DNA of 41,654 nucleotides. Origin: Segetibacter sp. (lineage in GTDB: Bacteria; Bacteroidota; Bacteroidia; Chitinophagales; Chitinophagaceae). Within the stretch, counting starts at the first letter, position 1. The number at the start of each line of letters is the position of its first letter. A model generated the notes under the pieces. It was not told the origin of the DNA. It did not search any database and saw only the letters and a program-made list of their open reading frames with translations. A program made the position numbers and the translations under genes. Shown here in pieces: positions 8,313 to 17,770 of this stretch. The stretch spans positions 1 to 41,654 of the forward strand of contig DASVST010000126.1 in assembly GCA_036387965.1 (NCBI GenBank), written 5' to 3'.

Positions 8313-9722
8313 CTAATATTTTTCTGCTACCTGTAAGGAAGAGAACAGTGTAATAAAATGAGCCTTTATCAATTGGCTTAACAGTAGCCGTTTATATTCT
8401 TCAGATCCTCTTGCATCGCTTATTGGAGCTATTTCTTTTTGAGTTATTTCAATTGCATCTTCTATCACTTCTTCAGATAACTTTTTGCCTTCTAAAAAAG
8501 AGGATGTTTTAGCTAAAAACAAAGGAATTGGTCCTACGCCTCCGGCTGATAAGCCAACAGAAGATATCTTATCTTTTTTCAACGAAATACTTATAGCCGA
8601 ATTGACACTGGCAATGTCCAGATGCGTTCTTTTACTTACTTTTTCAAAGTTGAAAAGATCTTCCTTGGCAGGTAGATTGAACCAAATTGTCTCGATGTAT
8701 TCTTCAGGTTTTTTGTCAAGTGTTTTATAGCCTTTGTAAAATTTACGTAGTGCAACTTCTCTTTTCTTTTTGCCGTTATTTAAAATCAACTGCGCATCTA
8801 ATGCTAAAAAGAAAATGGTAAGATCACCGATTGGAGATGCATTTACAAAGTTTCCTGCAATGGTAGCCATGTTGCGAATTGGTGTAGATGAGACAAGTTT
8901 TATGAAACGGAAAATTTCAGGAAAATGATCATGAAATAAAGGGGAGTCAATGATGTCTGAAACTTTTGCTGATGCGCCAATCACACATTTATTGCCTTCC
9001 TTACTAATGCCGTTTAGTTTAGGTTGATCTAATAAAAAATCAATACTGGCGTGCACCATTGTTTCATGCTGCTGAACATATAAATCTGTCCCTCCGCCTA
9101 AAAACTTTGCTTCTGTTTTCTTCTCTTTCAATACACCATTTGTGTTCTTGGACAGAACTTTTAAACGATCTTTTATTCCGTTAAAATATTGTGGTAGTAT
9201 CTCTTTAATTGTTGAGTATATAACCGGATCAGCATGACCTCTTTCTTCTAACATTCCAGAAACATGAGCTGCTGCTCTCTCTATAGATTTGTAACCTGTG
9301 CACCTGCAAATGTTTCCGTTAATGGAAGCAATAGCATGATTGTAAGTTGGGTCTTTTTTACTTAAGCAAAAGCCCGCTAACGAAACAACAAAACCTGGTG
9401 TGCAAAATCCGCATTGGGTTCCTCCTTCATCGCACATTGCTTGTTGTATAGGGTTAAGACCCGTCATGTTTATCCCTTCAATAGAAACAATATGTTTTCC
9501 GTGTGCATTACCAATTGCCATCAGGCAGGAAGTAACAGACCGATAAATAACTTCATCATCTTTCAATTCTCCGGTAAGTACTGTACATGCTCCGCAGTCT
9601 CCTTCGCGGCAGCCAATTTTTGTTCCTTTAAGATTTTGGTGATAACGAATAAAATCAAGCAACAGCGTGCCTGGTGGCAAAGTGGTACTTATTTCTTTTT
9701 CATTTAGGATAAAGCGGATCAA
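8313..9722 (-). CDS. xdhA: Xanthine dehydrogenase small subunit (2x[2Fe-2S] plus FAD)
   Basis: GTKIGCREGDCGACTV, QCGFCTPG, NICRCTGY; FAD motifs GGGTDL, IRNMATIAGN, NASPIGD, KVSKR; TTG start; purine cluster context. Confidence 0.9.
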   Translation of the reverse strand: MIRFILNEKEISTTLPPGTLLLDFIRYHQNLKGTKIGCREGDCGACTVLTGELKDDEVIYRSVTSCLMAIGNAHGKHIVSIEGINMTGLNPIQQAMCDEGGTQCGFCTPGFVVSLAGFCLSKKDPTYNHAIASINGNICRCTGYKSIERAAAHVSGMLEERGHADPVIYSTIKEILPQYFNGIKDRLKVLSKNTNGVLKEKKTEAKFLGGGTDLYVQQHETMVHASIDFLLDQPKLNGISKEGNKCVIGASAKVSDIIDSPLFHDHFPEIFRFIKLVSSTPIRNMATIAGNFVNASPIGDLTIFFLALDAQLILNNGKKKREVALRKFYKGYKTLDKKPEEYIETIWFNLPAKEDLFNFEKVSKRTHLDIASVNSAISISLKKDKISSVGLSAGGVGPIPLFLAKTSSFLEGKKLSEEVIEDAIEITQKEIAPISDARGSEEYKRLLLSQLIKAHFITLFSSLQVAEKY

Positions 9723-9765
9723 AATATATTTACTTAGTGAGATTAAAGTTACTATAATTGAGTAA

Positions 9766-10797
9766 ATGCCCGAGGCTAAGGAAATATCGTTTGATAAACA
9801 GGTTTATTACAAGCTAATTGCCTTATGGGTTTTGTGCGAAGGTTTTTTAGGAGGAATAATCCATGGATTAAAAATTCCTGTGTCTGGTTTAGTTGTTGGA
9901 AGTGGTGCAATCATTTGCATTTGCTTAATTGCATATTATGTACCGGTAAAAGGAGCGATAATAAAAGCGACAATTATAGTTGCTATTTTCAAGATGATGC
10001 TAAGTCCACATAGTCCTCCCACTGCTTACATTGCTGTTTTTTTTCAGGGACTTTTAGGACAATTACTATTTATGAATTTGAAGTTTTACAGAGCCTCATG
10101 TATTGTACTTGGCTTATTTGCAATGGTCGAATCTGCTGTACAGCGAATTCTTGTTTTAGTTATTCTTTACGGAACAGAATTCTGGGCAGCAATTGATCAA
10201 TATATCAGCAGGCTTACCAATCAAGCGACGGTAACAAACTATACCTCATCATTAGCAGTAGGATACATCTTCCTACATGCCGTTGTAGGAATATTTATCG
10301 GCTGGTTTGCTGGACATCTTGCTATAAGATCTGAAAAATGGACATCTACTCACGAGTATCTTATTGAAGAAGTACAAGAGCCAAACGATGGAAAAAAGTC
10401 TGAACTCCCATCTAAAAGAAAAAAGATAATGAAGCTTTCGCTCTTCGTTATTTGGGTGTTATTGATCATCTCTTTTCTCCAATCGGTTTCTGAAATTGGG
10501 AATCCAATACTTCCAGCAAATGTTGCGGTACAAGTGCTGTTTAGATCTATCCTGGTTGTGCTAACCTGGTACTTTTTTATTAGCCCACTTGTAATGTTGC
10601 TAATGAAGAAGGGGCTTGAAAAGCAAAAGGAAAATAAGCAAACAGATATTCAGCAGGTGATGCTTTTGCTTCCGTCGACAAAGTATATAGTAAGTAAAAG
10701 CTGGCAGATGTCAACTGGTTATAACCACTTGAGAAGGATAAAGAACTGTATAAAGATTATCCTTGTAAACACATTATTTATAAGGAATGGCAGATGA
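9766..10797 (+). CDS. Polytopic membrane protein; N-terminal half loosely like an ECF S-component
   Basis: About 7-8 hydrophobic segments; stop overlaps the next gene by 11 bp; the S-component likeness is inference. Confidence 0.7.
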   Translation: MPEAKEISFDKQVYYKLIALWVLCEGFLGGIIHGLKIPVSGLVVGSGAIICICLIAYYVPVKGAIIKATIIVAIFKMMLSPHSPPTAYIAVFFQGLLGQLLFMNLKFYRASCIVLGLFAMVESAVQRILVLVILYGTEFWAAIDQYISRLTNQATVTNYTSSLAVGYIFLHAVVGIFIGWFAGHLAIRSEKWTSTHEYLIEEVQEPNDGKKSELPSKRKKIMKLSLFVIWVLLIISFLQSVSEIGNPILPANVAVQVLFRSILVVLTWYFFISPLVMLLMKKGLEKQKENKQTDIQQVMLLLPSTKYIVSKSWQMSTGYNHLRRIKNCIKIILVNTLFIRNGR

Positions 10798-11263
10798 ACG
10801 TATTTACATATTAACCGGCGAAATACATTCAGGTAAAACGACTTCAATAGCAAAATGGATCGAAGGAAGAACTGATGTTTTTGGGATCTTAACTCCTGAT
10901 ATAAGGGGGGAGAGATTTTTTATGAATGCCCAAACCAAAGAGCAGTTTACCATGGAAGCAGCAACAGGAGAAGCAAACGTGCTGCAGGTGGGAAAATATA
11001 ATTTCAGTAAAGAGACTTTTGAAAAAGCATCAAGAGTGTTAAGGGAAGGTTTACTGCAAAATTGGGGTTGGCTAATTGTTGATGAGATTGGTCACTTAGA
11101 ATTAAAGCAGCAAGGCTTTTATGAAGTTATTAAAGAGATTCTCGGAAATGACAACCCTGAATTGAAGAAGCTTCTTGTTGTAAGGCAATCATTAGTTGAA
11201 CAGGTGATAGCATTTTTTAAAATAAAGGATTACACGATTATTACTTCAATGGATAACATTTAA
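10787..11263 (+). CDS. P-loop nucleoside triphosphatase, THEP1/NTPase_1-like
   Basis: Walker A GEIHSGKTT, Walker B LIVDEIG, VGKY motif; 158 aa. Confidence 0.8.
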   Translation: MADERIYILTGEIHSGKTTSIAKWIEGRTDVFGILTPDIRGERFFMNAQTKEQFTMEAATGEANVLQVGKYNFSKETFEKASRVLREGLLQNWGWLIVDEIGHLELKQQGFYEVIKEILGNDNPELKKLLVVRQSLVEQVIAFFKIKDYTIITSMDNI

Positions 11264-11264
11264 T

Positions 11265-12689
11265 CTACTTCTCTTTGCCGCCTTGCTCAAACCAGCATCG
11301 TATCGCATCACGTTCTTCAGGTGTCATACCAGTTTTATTATTTTGAGGCATTGTCTTAGTAACAACTACCCGTTGATAAATTTTGTCCTTTAATCTGAAT
11401 ATATCTTGTGGTGTATCATAAACAACTCCATTCGGAGGCGCTGTGTAAACATCATCTGTTGGTTTACTTGAATGGCACGATACACACCTTTGTTGTACGA
11501 TCATATTAATCTCGTTAATGCTGATGTCTGTTTTACATGCACCTGTGTTTTTTTGCGGGGCTGAAATAAAAGCTGTCGCCAATAAAATAAGTACAGACAC
11601 TGGCATCACCCAAACGCTGTGCTGACCTTTTTCTCGAAGATTGAGGTAATGCTTAACACCCGCTGTTCCCAAAGAGATTGCCGCTAAAACCGCCCACGAA
11701 TATTTATTTCCGAATGTGCTAGGGAAATGATTGCTGATCATTACAAACAGTACCGGTAAGGTTAAATAGTTATTATGTAACGATCTTAATCCTGCATGTT
11801 TACCAAGTTCAGGATTAAGTGGTTTGCCTTCCTTTGCTGCCTTCACCATCGCTTTTTGTGCTGGTATAATAATGAAGAAAACATTTGCTGCCATTAACGT
11901 ACCAAGCATTGCTCCAAAATGAATATATGCTGCACGACTGCTAAATACCTGGCTATAGAAGTACGCAAAGCTTGTTGCTGCAATAAACCCTACAAGAGCA
12001 AACAATGTATTCTTTTTTACAAATGCAGTTTTACATAATAGATCATAGATAAGCCATGCAACAATTAAAGATCCAATGCCGATGCTTACAGCAGCAATCG
12101 GCGACAATGCAAGTACATTATTATCTATTAAAGATGATTTCGCATTAAAATAATAAACCACAAAAAGAAGACTGAAGCCGGAGAGCCATGTAAAATATGC
12201 CTCATACTTAAACCAATGTAAATCCTTTGGAATTTTTTGAGGAGCAACTTTATACTTCTCTAAATAATAAAAACCACCGCCATGTATTGCCCAGAGATTG
12301 CCTGCTAACTCATCTCTTACATCCTTCGTTCTGTTTAAAGCATTCTCCAGAAAAACAAAATAGAATGAAGCACCGATCCATGCAATACCAAAGGTGATGT
12401 GCATCAGCCTAACAATAATATTCAGCCACTCCATCATATGTCCTTCCCATGGAGTTCCTTTAATCAGGAACCATGTAAACAGCAATACAAGAATGACAGA
12501 CATTATGATAGCTGTATAAATGTATCCCTTCAATCCTTCAGCTTCTTCATGTGTTGTTTCATCTTCAACTTCACTTGCGCTGTTGATGGTTCCCTTCTTT
12601 AATTTTTCTAAAGAACGAAAGTGATATGTCATACCAACAAGCATGAAAAGAATTATAATAAGAACAGCATAAAGTATTATATCAAACAT
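11265..12689 (-). CDS. puuD: Membrane urate hydroxylase PuuD with C-terminal cytochrome c and an extra N-terminal extension
   Basis: EWLNIIVRLMHITFGIAWIGASFYF, LWAIHGGGFY, LHWFKYEAYFTWLSGF, RSLHNNYLTLPVLFVMISNH, CVSCH heme motif. Confidence 0.92.
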   Translation of the reverse strand: MFDIILYAVLIIILFMLVGMTYHFRSLEKLKKGTINSASEVEDETTHEEAEGLKGYIYTAIIMSVILVLLFTWFLIKGTPWEGHMMEWLNIIVRLMHITFGIAWIGASFYFVFLENALNRTKDVRDELAGNLWAIHGGGFYYLEKYKVAPQKIPKDLHWFKYEAYFTWLSGFSLLFVVYYFNAKSSLIDNNVLALSPIAAVSIGIGSLIVAWLIYDLLCKTAFVKKNTLFALVGFIAATSFAYFYSQVFSSRAAYIHFGAMLGTLMAANVFFIIIPAQKAMVKAAKEGKPLNPELGKHAGLRSLHNNYLTLPVLFVMISNHFPSTFGNKYSWAVLAAISLGTAGVKHYLNLREKGQHSVWVMPVSVLILLATAFISAPQKNTGACKTDISINEINMIVQQRCVSCHSSKPTDDVYTAPPNGVVYDTPQDIFRLKDKIYQRVVVTKTMPQNNKTGMTPEERDAIRCWFEQGGKEK

Positions 12690-12792
12690 ATCAATGCATG
12701 GCTAGGTCTATCGCAGCACGAGGTTTTATTAATCACTCAAATTATAATATACTTTTCTAATTTTAATAACTCATTTTATATAAACAACAAGC

Positions 12793-14139
12793 GTGTTCGA
12801 TTTAGCAATAAGAAGTTTAAATACAATAACACCAGAGGGAACGAAGGACGCCGTTGTTTTGATAAAAAATGGAATAATTGCAGAGATAGCATCATCTCTA
12901 TCGGGCATTGAAGCGTTGGAGATAATTGATGTTGCTGATAAAGTTTTAATGCCTGGTGTAATTGATCCGCATGTTCACATAAATGAACCAGGCAGAACAG
13001 AATGGGAAGGGTTTGACACTGCTACAAAAGCAGCAATTGCAGGAGGTGTCACTTGTTTGGTAGACATGCCTTTAAATGCTTCGCCTGTTACAACATCGGC
13101 TACTGCTTTAATAGAAAAACTTCGTTCAACACAAAATAAGCTACATGCAAGTTGTGCATTTTGGGGTGGCATTATTCCAGGTAATGAAAATGAGATACCG
13201 GGACTAATAGATGAAGGTGTTTTAGGCTTTAAAGCTTTTCTTACCCACTCAGGAATTGATGAATTTCCCAATGCTACTGAAGCAGACTTAAGAAAAGCTA
13301 TGCCAGTAATTGCAAAGAACAATTTGCCGCTACTGGTTCATTGTGAGCTAACGGACGATATCGCAAGAGCAACAGGCGATATTAGATCTTACCAGAATTA
13401 TTTAGCATCACGACCAAAGGAGTGGGAGGACAAAGCAATAGCCTTGATGATCAGGTTGTGCGAAGAGTATAATTGTCATGTTCATATCGTTCATCTTTCT
13501 TCAGCAGATTCGATAGAGCAGCTACTGAAGGCAAAACAAAAAGGCTTACGCATAACTGTAGAAACTGCGCAACATTATCTATTTTTTAATGCTGAGGAAA
13601 TAAGAAATGGAGAGACACAATACAAATGTGCTCCACCAATCCGCGAAGCGCAAAACAATGAGCAATTATGGCAAGCTTTAAAAGATGGTATTGTTGACTT
13701 TGTTGCTACAGATCATTCACCTGCACCTCCTGACTTAAAGCAAATAGAAAGCGGAGATTTTATGAAGGCATGGGGTGGAATCGCATCGATCCAATTCACT
13801 CTGCCTGCTTTATGGACAGCAGCAAAGCAGAGATACTGCACTTTGAATGATCTTGCAAAATGGCTATGTGAAAACCCCGCACGCCTCCTCGGAAAAGAAC
13901 ATCAAAAAGGGAAGATAGAAATAGGGTTTGATGCCGATCTGATTATTCTTGATCCTGAAAAGTCGTTTACTGTTACAGAAGATATCATACATCATAAACA
14001 TAAAATAACACCCTACCGAAACAGGCAATTATTTGGTGTGGTGGAACAAACCTTTATAGCAGGTAAAAAGGTTTATCGCGATGGAACGTTTATTGAATTG
14101 AATAAAGGAACATTGGTTTTAAACAACATTAAAACATAG
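12793..14139 (+). CDS. allB: Allantoinase
   Basis: DPHVH, GRTEWEGF, DMPLN, FKAF, HIVHLS, KCAPPIR, TDHSP, AWGGI; GTG start. Confidence 0.93.
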   Translation: MFDLAIRSLNTITPEGTKDAVVLIKNGIIAEIASSLSGIEALEIIDVADKVLMPGVIDPHVHINEPGRTEWEGFDTATKAAIAGGVTCLVDMPLNASPVTTSATALIEKLRSTQNKLHASCAFWGGIIPGNENEIPGLIDEGVLGFKAFLTHSGIDEFPNATEADLRKAMPVIAKNNLPLLVHCELTDDIARATGDIRSYQNYLASRPKEWEDKAIALMIRLCEEYNCHVHIVHLSSADSIEQLLKAKQKGLRITVETAQHYLFFNAEEIRNGETQYKCAPPIREAQNNEQLWQALKDGIVDFVATDHSPAPPDLKQIESGDFMKAWGGIASIQFTLPALWTAAKQRYCTLNDLAKWLCENPARLLGKEHQKGKIEIGFDADLIILDPEKSFTVTEDIIHHKHKITPYRNRQLFGVVEQTFIAGKKVYRDGTFIELNKGTLVLNNIKT

Positions 14140-14142
14140 AGC

Positions 14143-15153
14143 ATGTCGGATTCTTCTTCAACAAAATACATTGACCTCGCCGCCGAAAGATTGGGTGGCA
14201 AAGTGTTACTCTGCAGCGATGATTTTTTCGCAGAAAAAGAAAACCTCATAAAGCCTGGCAGGGGAATCTTTATTGCAGATAAATACACTGACCGTGGCAA
14301 ATGGATGGACGGTTGGGAATCAAGAAGGAAAAGAACTCCCGGCAATGATTGGTGTATTGTTCAATTGGCAACAGCTGGCAAAATTCATACGGTAGATATC
14401 GATACCAATCATTTCCTCGGCAATCATCCGCCGTATGCATCAATTGAGGCATGTTATATTCCGGCTGGAACAGCGCCTGATTTTGAAAATGCGGTCTGGA
14501 GAGAGATTCTTTCTAAAGCTCCGCTCGAACCCGGCGACCACAACTTATACAGCATAACAGACGATGATGTTTACACGCATTTAAGGTTGAACATCTATCC
14601 TGATGGTGGTGTGGCACGTCTAAAAGTTTATGGAGAAGTATATAAAGATTGGAACAAGGTGGGTGCTGATGAATTAATAGACCTAGCAGCAGCAACAAAC
14701 GGCGCAAGAGCCATATTATGCAACGACATGTTTTTCTCTCACATGGATAATCTTATCATGCCGGGCAGAGGCATAAACATGGGTGATGGCTGGGAAACAA
14801 AAAGAAACCGTACGCCTAACAATCGTGATTGGGTAATTATTCGTTTGGCACACCAGGGGATTATTCAGAAGGCGTTAATTGACACGGCTCATTTTAAAGG
14901 AAATTATCCAGATAGTTGTATGATTGAAGGCTGCAACATTTCGAGACATGATGAAAGCAAACTAACTACACATGATATTCCATGGATAACCATTCTTCCG
15001 CAGGTAAAACTGCAGCCCGATCATGAGCATTACTTCGAACAGAAAACCCCTTTGGGAGAGGAACAAATGGATAGTACTGCATCCTTCACCCATGTTCGGC
15101 TTTCTATTTTTCCTGATGGTGGTATTAGCCGTATGCGTTTGTGGGGTAGGTGA
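14143..15153 (+). CDS. alc: Allantoicase
   Basis: Two repeats of DGWE(S/T)(R/K)R, DT-x-HF-x-GN-x-P and PDGG(V/I)-x-R. Confidence 0.95.
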   Translation: MSDSSSTKYIDLAAERLGGKVLLCSDDFFAEKENLIKPGRGIFIADKYTDRGKWMDGWESRRKRTPGNDWCIVQLATAGKIHTVDIDTNHFLGNHPPYASIEACYIPAGTAPDFENAVWREILSKAPLEPGDHNLYSITDDDVYTHLRLNIYPDGGVARLKVYGEVYKDWNKVGADELIDLAAATNGARAILCNDMFFSHMDNLIMPGRGINMGDGWETKRNRTPNNRDWVIIRLAHQGIIQKALIDTAHFKGNYPDSCMIEGCNISRHDESKLTTHDIPWITILPQVKLQPDHEHYFEQKTPLGEEQMDSTASFTHVRLSIFPDGGISRMRLWGR

Positions 15154-15195
15154 AATAGCTGAAGAATTTTCTTGTACTAAACATCTGTACTTATC

Positions 15196-15220
15196 TGAGC
15201 ACCTGTTGCGTCGCACACTT
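15196..15220 (+). repeat. Dispersed intergenic repeat with GTTGCGTCGCAC core (copy A)
   Basis: TGAGCACCTGTTGCGTCGCACACTT is 22/25 identical to the reverse complement of 26944-26968. Confidence 0.65.
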
Positions 15221-15289
15221 GTACAGCATATCTTTATTGAGCAATAAATATATTCTCAAACTACCATACACCAATAGCTCAATACCAGA

Positions 15290-15793
15290 ATGACACTCGC
15301 AGAATTTCATAGCTTGAATGATGAAGAGAAAAAAGAGCTGCTTCAACGATGCTGTGGTTCTTCTGCGTGGGTCGATAAAATGCTTGCCGCTTTCCCTGTT
15401 GAAGATTTAGAGGATCTATTTATCAAAGCTGAAAACAAGTGGAAGGATTGCAAGAAAGAAGATTGGCTGGAAGCATTTGAGCACCACCCAAAAATCGGTG
15501 ATATCAATTCTCTAAAAGCGAAGTTTGCAAACACAGCTAAGTGGGCTGAAGGCGAACAATCAGGTGTTAACGAAACATCGCAGCAAGTCTTAGAGGCATT
15601 GGCAGAGGGCAACAAAGCATACGAAGATAAATTCGGCTATATCTTTATTGTATGCGCCACAGGTAAATCTGCTGAGGAAATGTTACGCATTTTGACCTTG
15701 AGACTACAGAATGATCCTGAAGATGAATTAAGAATCGCAGTAGCTGAACAGAATAAAATCACCAAAATCCGCCTGGAAAAATTATTTGCCTAA
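15290..15793 (+). CDS. uraD: OHCU decarboxylase
   Basis: HHPKIG, YEDKFGYIFIVCATGKS, EQNKITKIRL. Confidence 0.93.
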   Translation: MTLAEFHSLNDEEKKELLQRCCGSSAWVDKMLAAFPVEDLEDLFIKAENKWKDCKKEDWLEAFEHHPKIGDINSLKAKFANTAKWAEGEQSGVNETSQQVLEALAEGNKAYEDKFGYIFIVCATGKSAEEMLRILTLRLQNDPEDELRIAVAEQNKITKIRLEKLFA

Positions 15794-15808
15794 CCAACCA
15801 ACACATTA

Positions 15809-16147
15809 ATGAGTCAACTAACAACTCACATACTCGACACAACAAAAGGAAAGCCTGCAGAAGGTGTAACAATTATTTTATACCAGGGTGGAAATGACGA
15901 ATGGAACGAAATAGCACGAGGCAATACTAACAGTGATGGTCGTATAAAAGATTTACTCGACTCTAATAATACTTTGCAATTGGGAATTTATAAGATGAGG
16001 TTTGAAACGAAAGATTACTTTGACAAAACTTCAACCCAAACATTTTACCCTTACGTTGAGATTGTCTTCGACATCCAAAACAATGAACACTATCACATTC
16101 CATTACTGTTAAATCCATTTGGATATTCAACATATCGCGGCTCCTGA
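15809..16147 (+). CDS. uraH: 5-hydroxyisourate hydrolase (cytoplasmic, transthyretin-like)
   Basis: TTHILDT..GKPA and C-terminal YHIPLLLNPFGYSTYRGS signature; no signal peptide. Confidence 0.96.
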   Translation: MSQLTTHILDTTKGKPAEGVTIILYQGGNDEWNEIARGNTNSDGRIKDLLDSNNTLQLGIYKMRFETKDYFDKTSTQTFYPYVEIVFDIQNNEHYHIPLLLNPFGYSTYRGS

Positions 16148-16148
16148 T

Positions 16149-16181
16149 CTTTGTGCATCTTTGTGTCTTAGTGCCTTTGTG
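16149..16181 (+). repeat. Four-unit CTTWGTG short tandem repeat
   Basis: ctttgtg-cat-ctttgtg-t-cttagtg-c-ctttgtg immediately after the uraH stop. Confidence 0.7.
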
Positions 16182-16201
16182 GTTCAAATCAAACTACTTG
16201 T

Positions 16202-17635
16202 ATGAAACTCTCCATCAACGATAGTCAAAAAGAAAACCTGCTAAACGAATTACAGGTCGCAAACTTAAAATTTCAGAAAACCTATCCCGGTGATAAGCCC
16301 GACAGGCAGGCAGTGCATACAGTTTATGGAGGAGCCAACTTGTTTAAATCTGACACGGCTGTAAAGATGGGAGAGATTGCATTACGCAATTTGCAAACGT
16401 ATGCTCCCAATTTTGTTTCTCTTGCAAAAGCCCTACAGCTTAAAGGGTATGAGCATCTTCCTCATCTTGAAAAGGATATTCAATACCTGGTTCAGAAGCT
16501 TGATAAAATGAGCGAAGAAGAAAGAAAAAAGGAAACCTCATGGCTTGCGTATTCAGTCTATAACAAAATCGTTCAGAAGTTAAAAACAGAACCTGTTGAA
16601 GATTTTAGAATTGACTTTGAAGATGGCTTTGGTAACAGACCAGATGATGAAGAGGATGCAACAGCAGTGAATGCAGCAAACGAATTAGCAATTGGCATGC
16701 AGAACAAAACGATTTCACCTTTCATCGGTATTCGTATAAAACCTTTCACTGAAGATCTAAAGAATCGTGGTGTAAGAACACTTGACTTATTTCTTACCAC
16801 ATTACTTGAAAAGACAGGTGGAAAATTGCCAGACAATTTCATCGTTATGTTGCCAAAGGTTACTATACCCGAACAGGTTATAGCAATGGTAAGATTGTTC
16901 GAGATTTTAGAAAAGGAAAACAATCTTACGCCCGGCACATTAAAGATGGAAACGATGGTGGAGGCAACGCAGATTGTAATGGATGATGAAGGCAGAAATC
17001 CTTTAATGAAGATTGTAAGAGCAAGTGAAGGAAGATTGATAGCAGCACATTTTGGTACGTATGATTACACTGCATCATGTGGTATTACTGCTAAGTATCA
17101 AACCATGTCTCATCCTGTTTGCGACTTTGCGCATCACATGACGAAGGTTGCTTTAGGTGGCACGGGAATTCATCTTTCTGATGGTGCTACGAATGTAATG
17201 CCGATTGGTCCGCACAGGGGAGAAAACCTTACTTATGAGCAACTAAAAGAAAACCGCGAATCAGTTTATAATGCGTGGAAAATTGGTTTTAATCATACAA
17301 CACATTCACTTATTAATGGCAGGTACCAGGGTTGGGATTTAAATCCGGCACAACTTCCGATGCGTTATGCTGCTACTTATAATTTCTTTTTAAGTAGTTA
17401 CGAAGATGCTGTTTTCAGACTTAAGTCTTTTGTAGAACGTGCAGCTATTTCTACTTTAACGGGAGATATTTTTGATGATGCCGCAACTGGTCAGGGGCTT
17501 CTGAATTTCTTTTTGAAAGCAATGAACTGTGGAGCAATTACTGAAGAGGAAGCATTAGCAACTGGACTTACTTTAGATGAAATAAGAAGCCGTTCTTTTT
17601 ACAGAATACTTGAGGGAAGACGGCAAAAGAATTAA
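16202..17635 (+). CDS. CitE/HpcH aldolase-citrate lyase/malate-synthase-like TIM-barrel enzyme (DUF6986-like)
   Basis: DFEDG, GIRIK, LPKV, FGTYDY, DGATN and QGWDLNPAQL correspond to CitE-family DLEDA/PKV/G..D/HP.Q motifs; last gene of the allB-alc-uraD-uraH run. Confidence 0.8.
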   Translation: MKLSINDSQKENLLNELQVANLKFQKTYPGDKPDRQAVHTVYGGANLFKSDTAVKMGEIALRNLQTYAPNFVSLAKALQLKGYEHLPHLEKDIQYLVQKLDKMSEEERKKETSWLAYSVYNKIVQKLKTEPVEDFRIDFEDGFGNRPDDEEDATAVNAANELAIGMQNKTISPFIGIRIKPFTEDLKNRGVRTLDLFLTTLLEKTGGKLPDNFIVMLPKVTIPEQVIAMVRLFEILEKENNLTPGTLKMETMVEATQIVMDDEGRNPLMKIVRASEGRLIAAHFGTYDYTASCGITAKYQTMSHPVCDFAHHMTKVALGGTGIHLSDGATNVMPIGPHRGENLTYEQLKENRESVYNAWKIGFNHTTHSLINGRYQGWDLNPAQLPMRYAATYNFFLSSYEDAVFRLKSFVERAAISTLTGDIFDDAATGQGLLNFFLKAMNCGAITEEEALATGLTLDEIRSRSFYRILEGRRQKN

Positions 17636-17676
17636 TGCTGAAAGGCTGCCGGATAGAAGCAGAAAACCCGGTGAAG

Positions 17677-17700
17677 CACTTCAACAAGCTCAGTGTGACA
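17677..17700 (-). repeat. REP-like palindrome (GTCACACTGAGCTTGTTGAAGTG type)
   Basis: Reverse complement begins TGTCA like the other REPs in the window; lies between convergent genes. Confidence 0.5.
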
Positions 17701-17770
17701 GGCCAGCAGGGCTTCTGTGCCGGACTTGCAGCGTATAGACGTAACAGATGACCGGAATGTGTTCAAATGA

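Noticed and set aside
12690-12792. Purine or xanthine riboswitch upstream of puuD/allB (also the 43-bp gap before xdhA)
   Set aside because: The spacers are short and AT-rich, with no recognisable aptamer core or expression-platform hairpin
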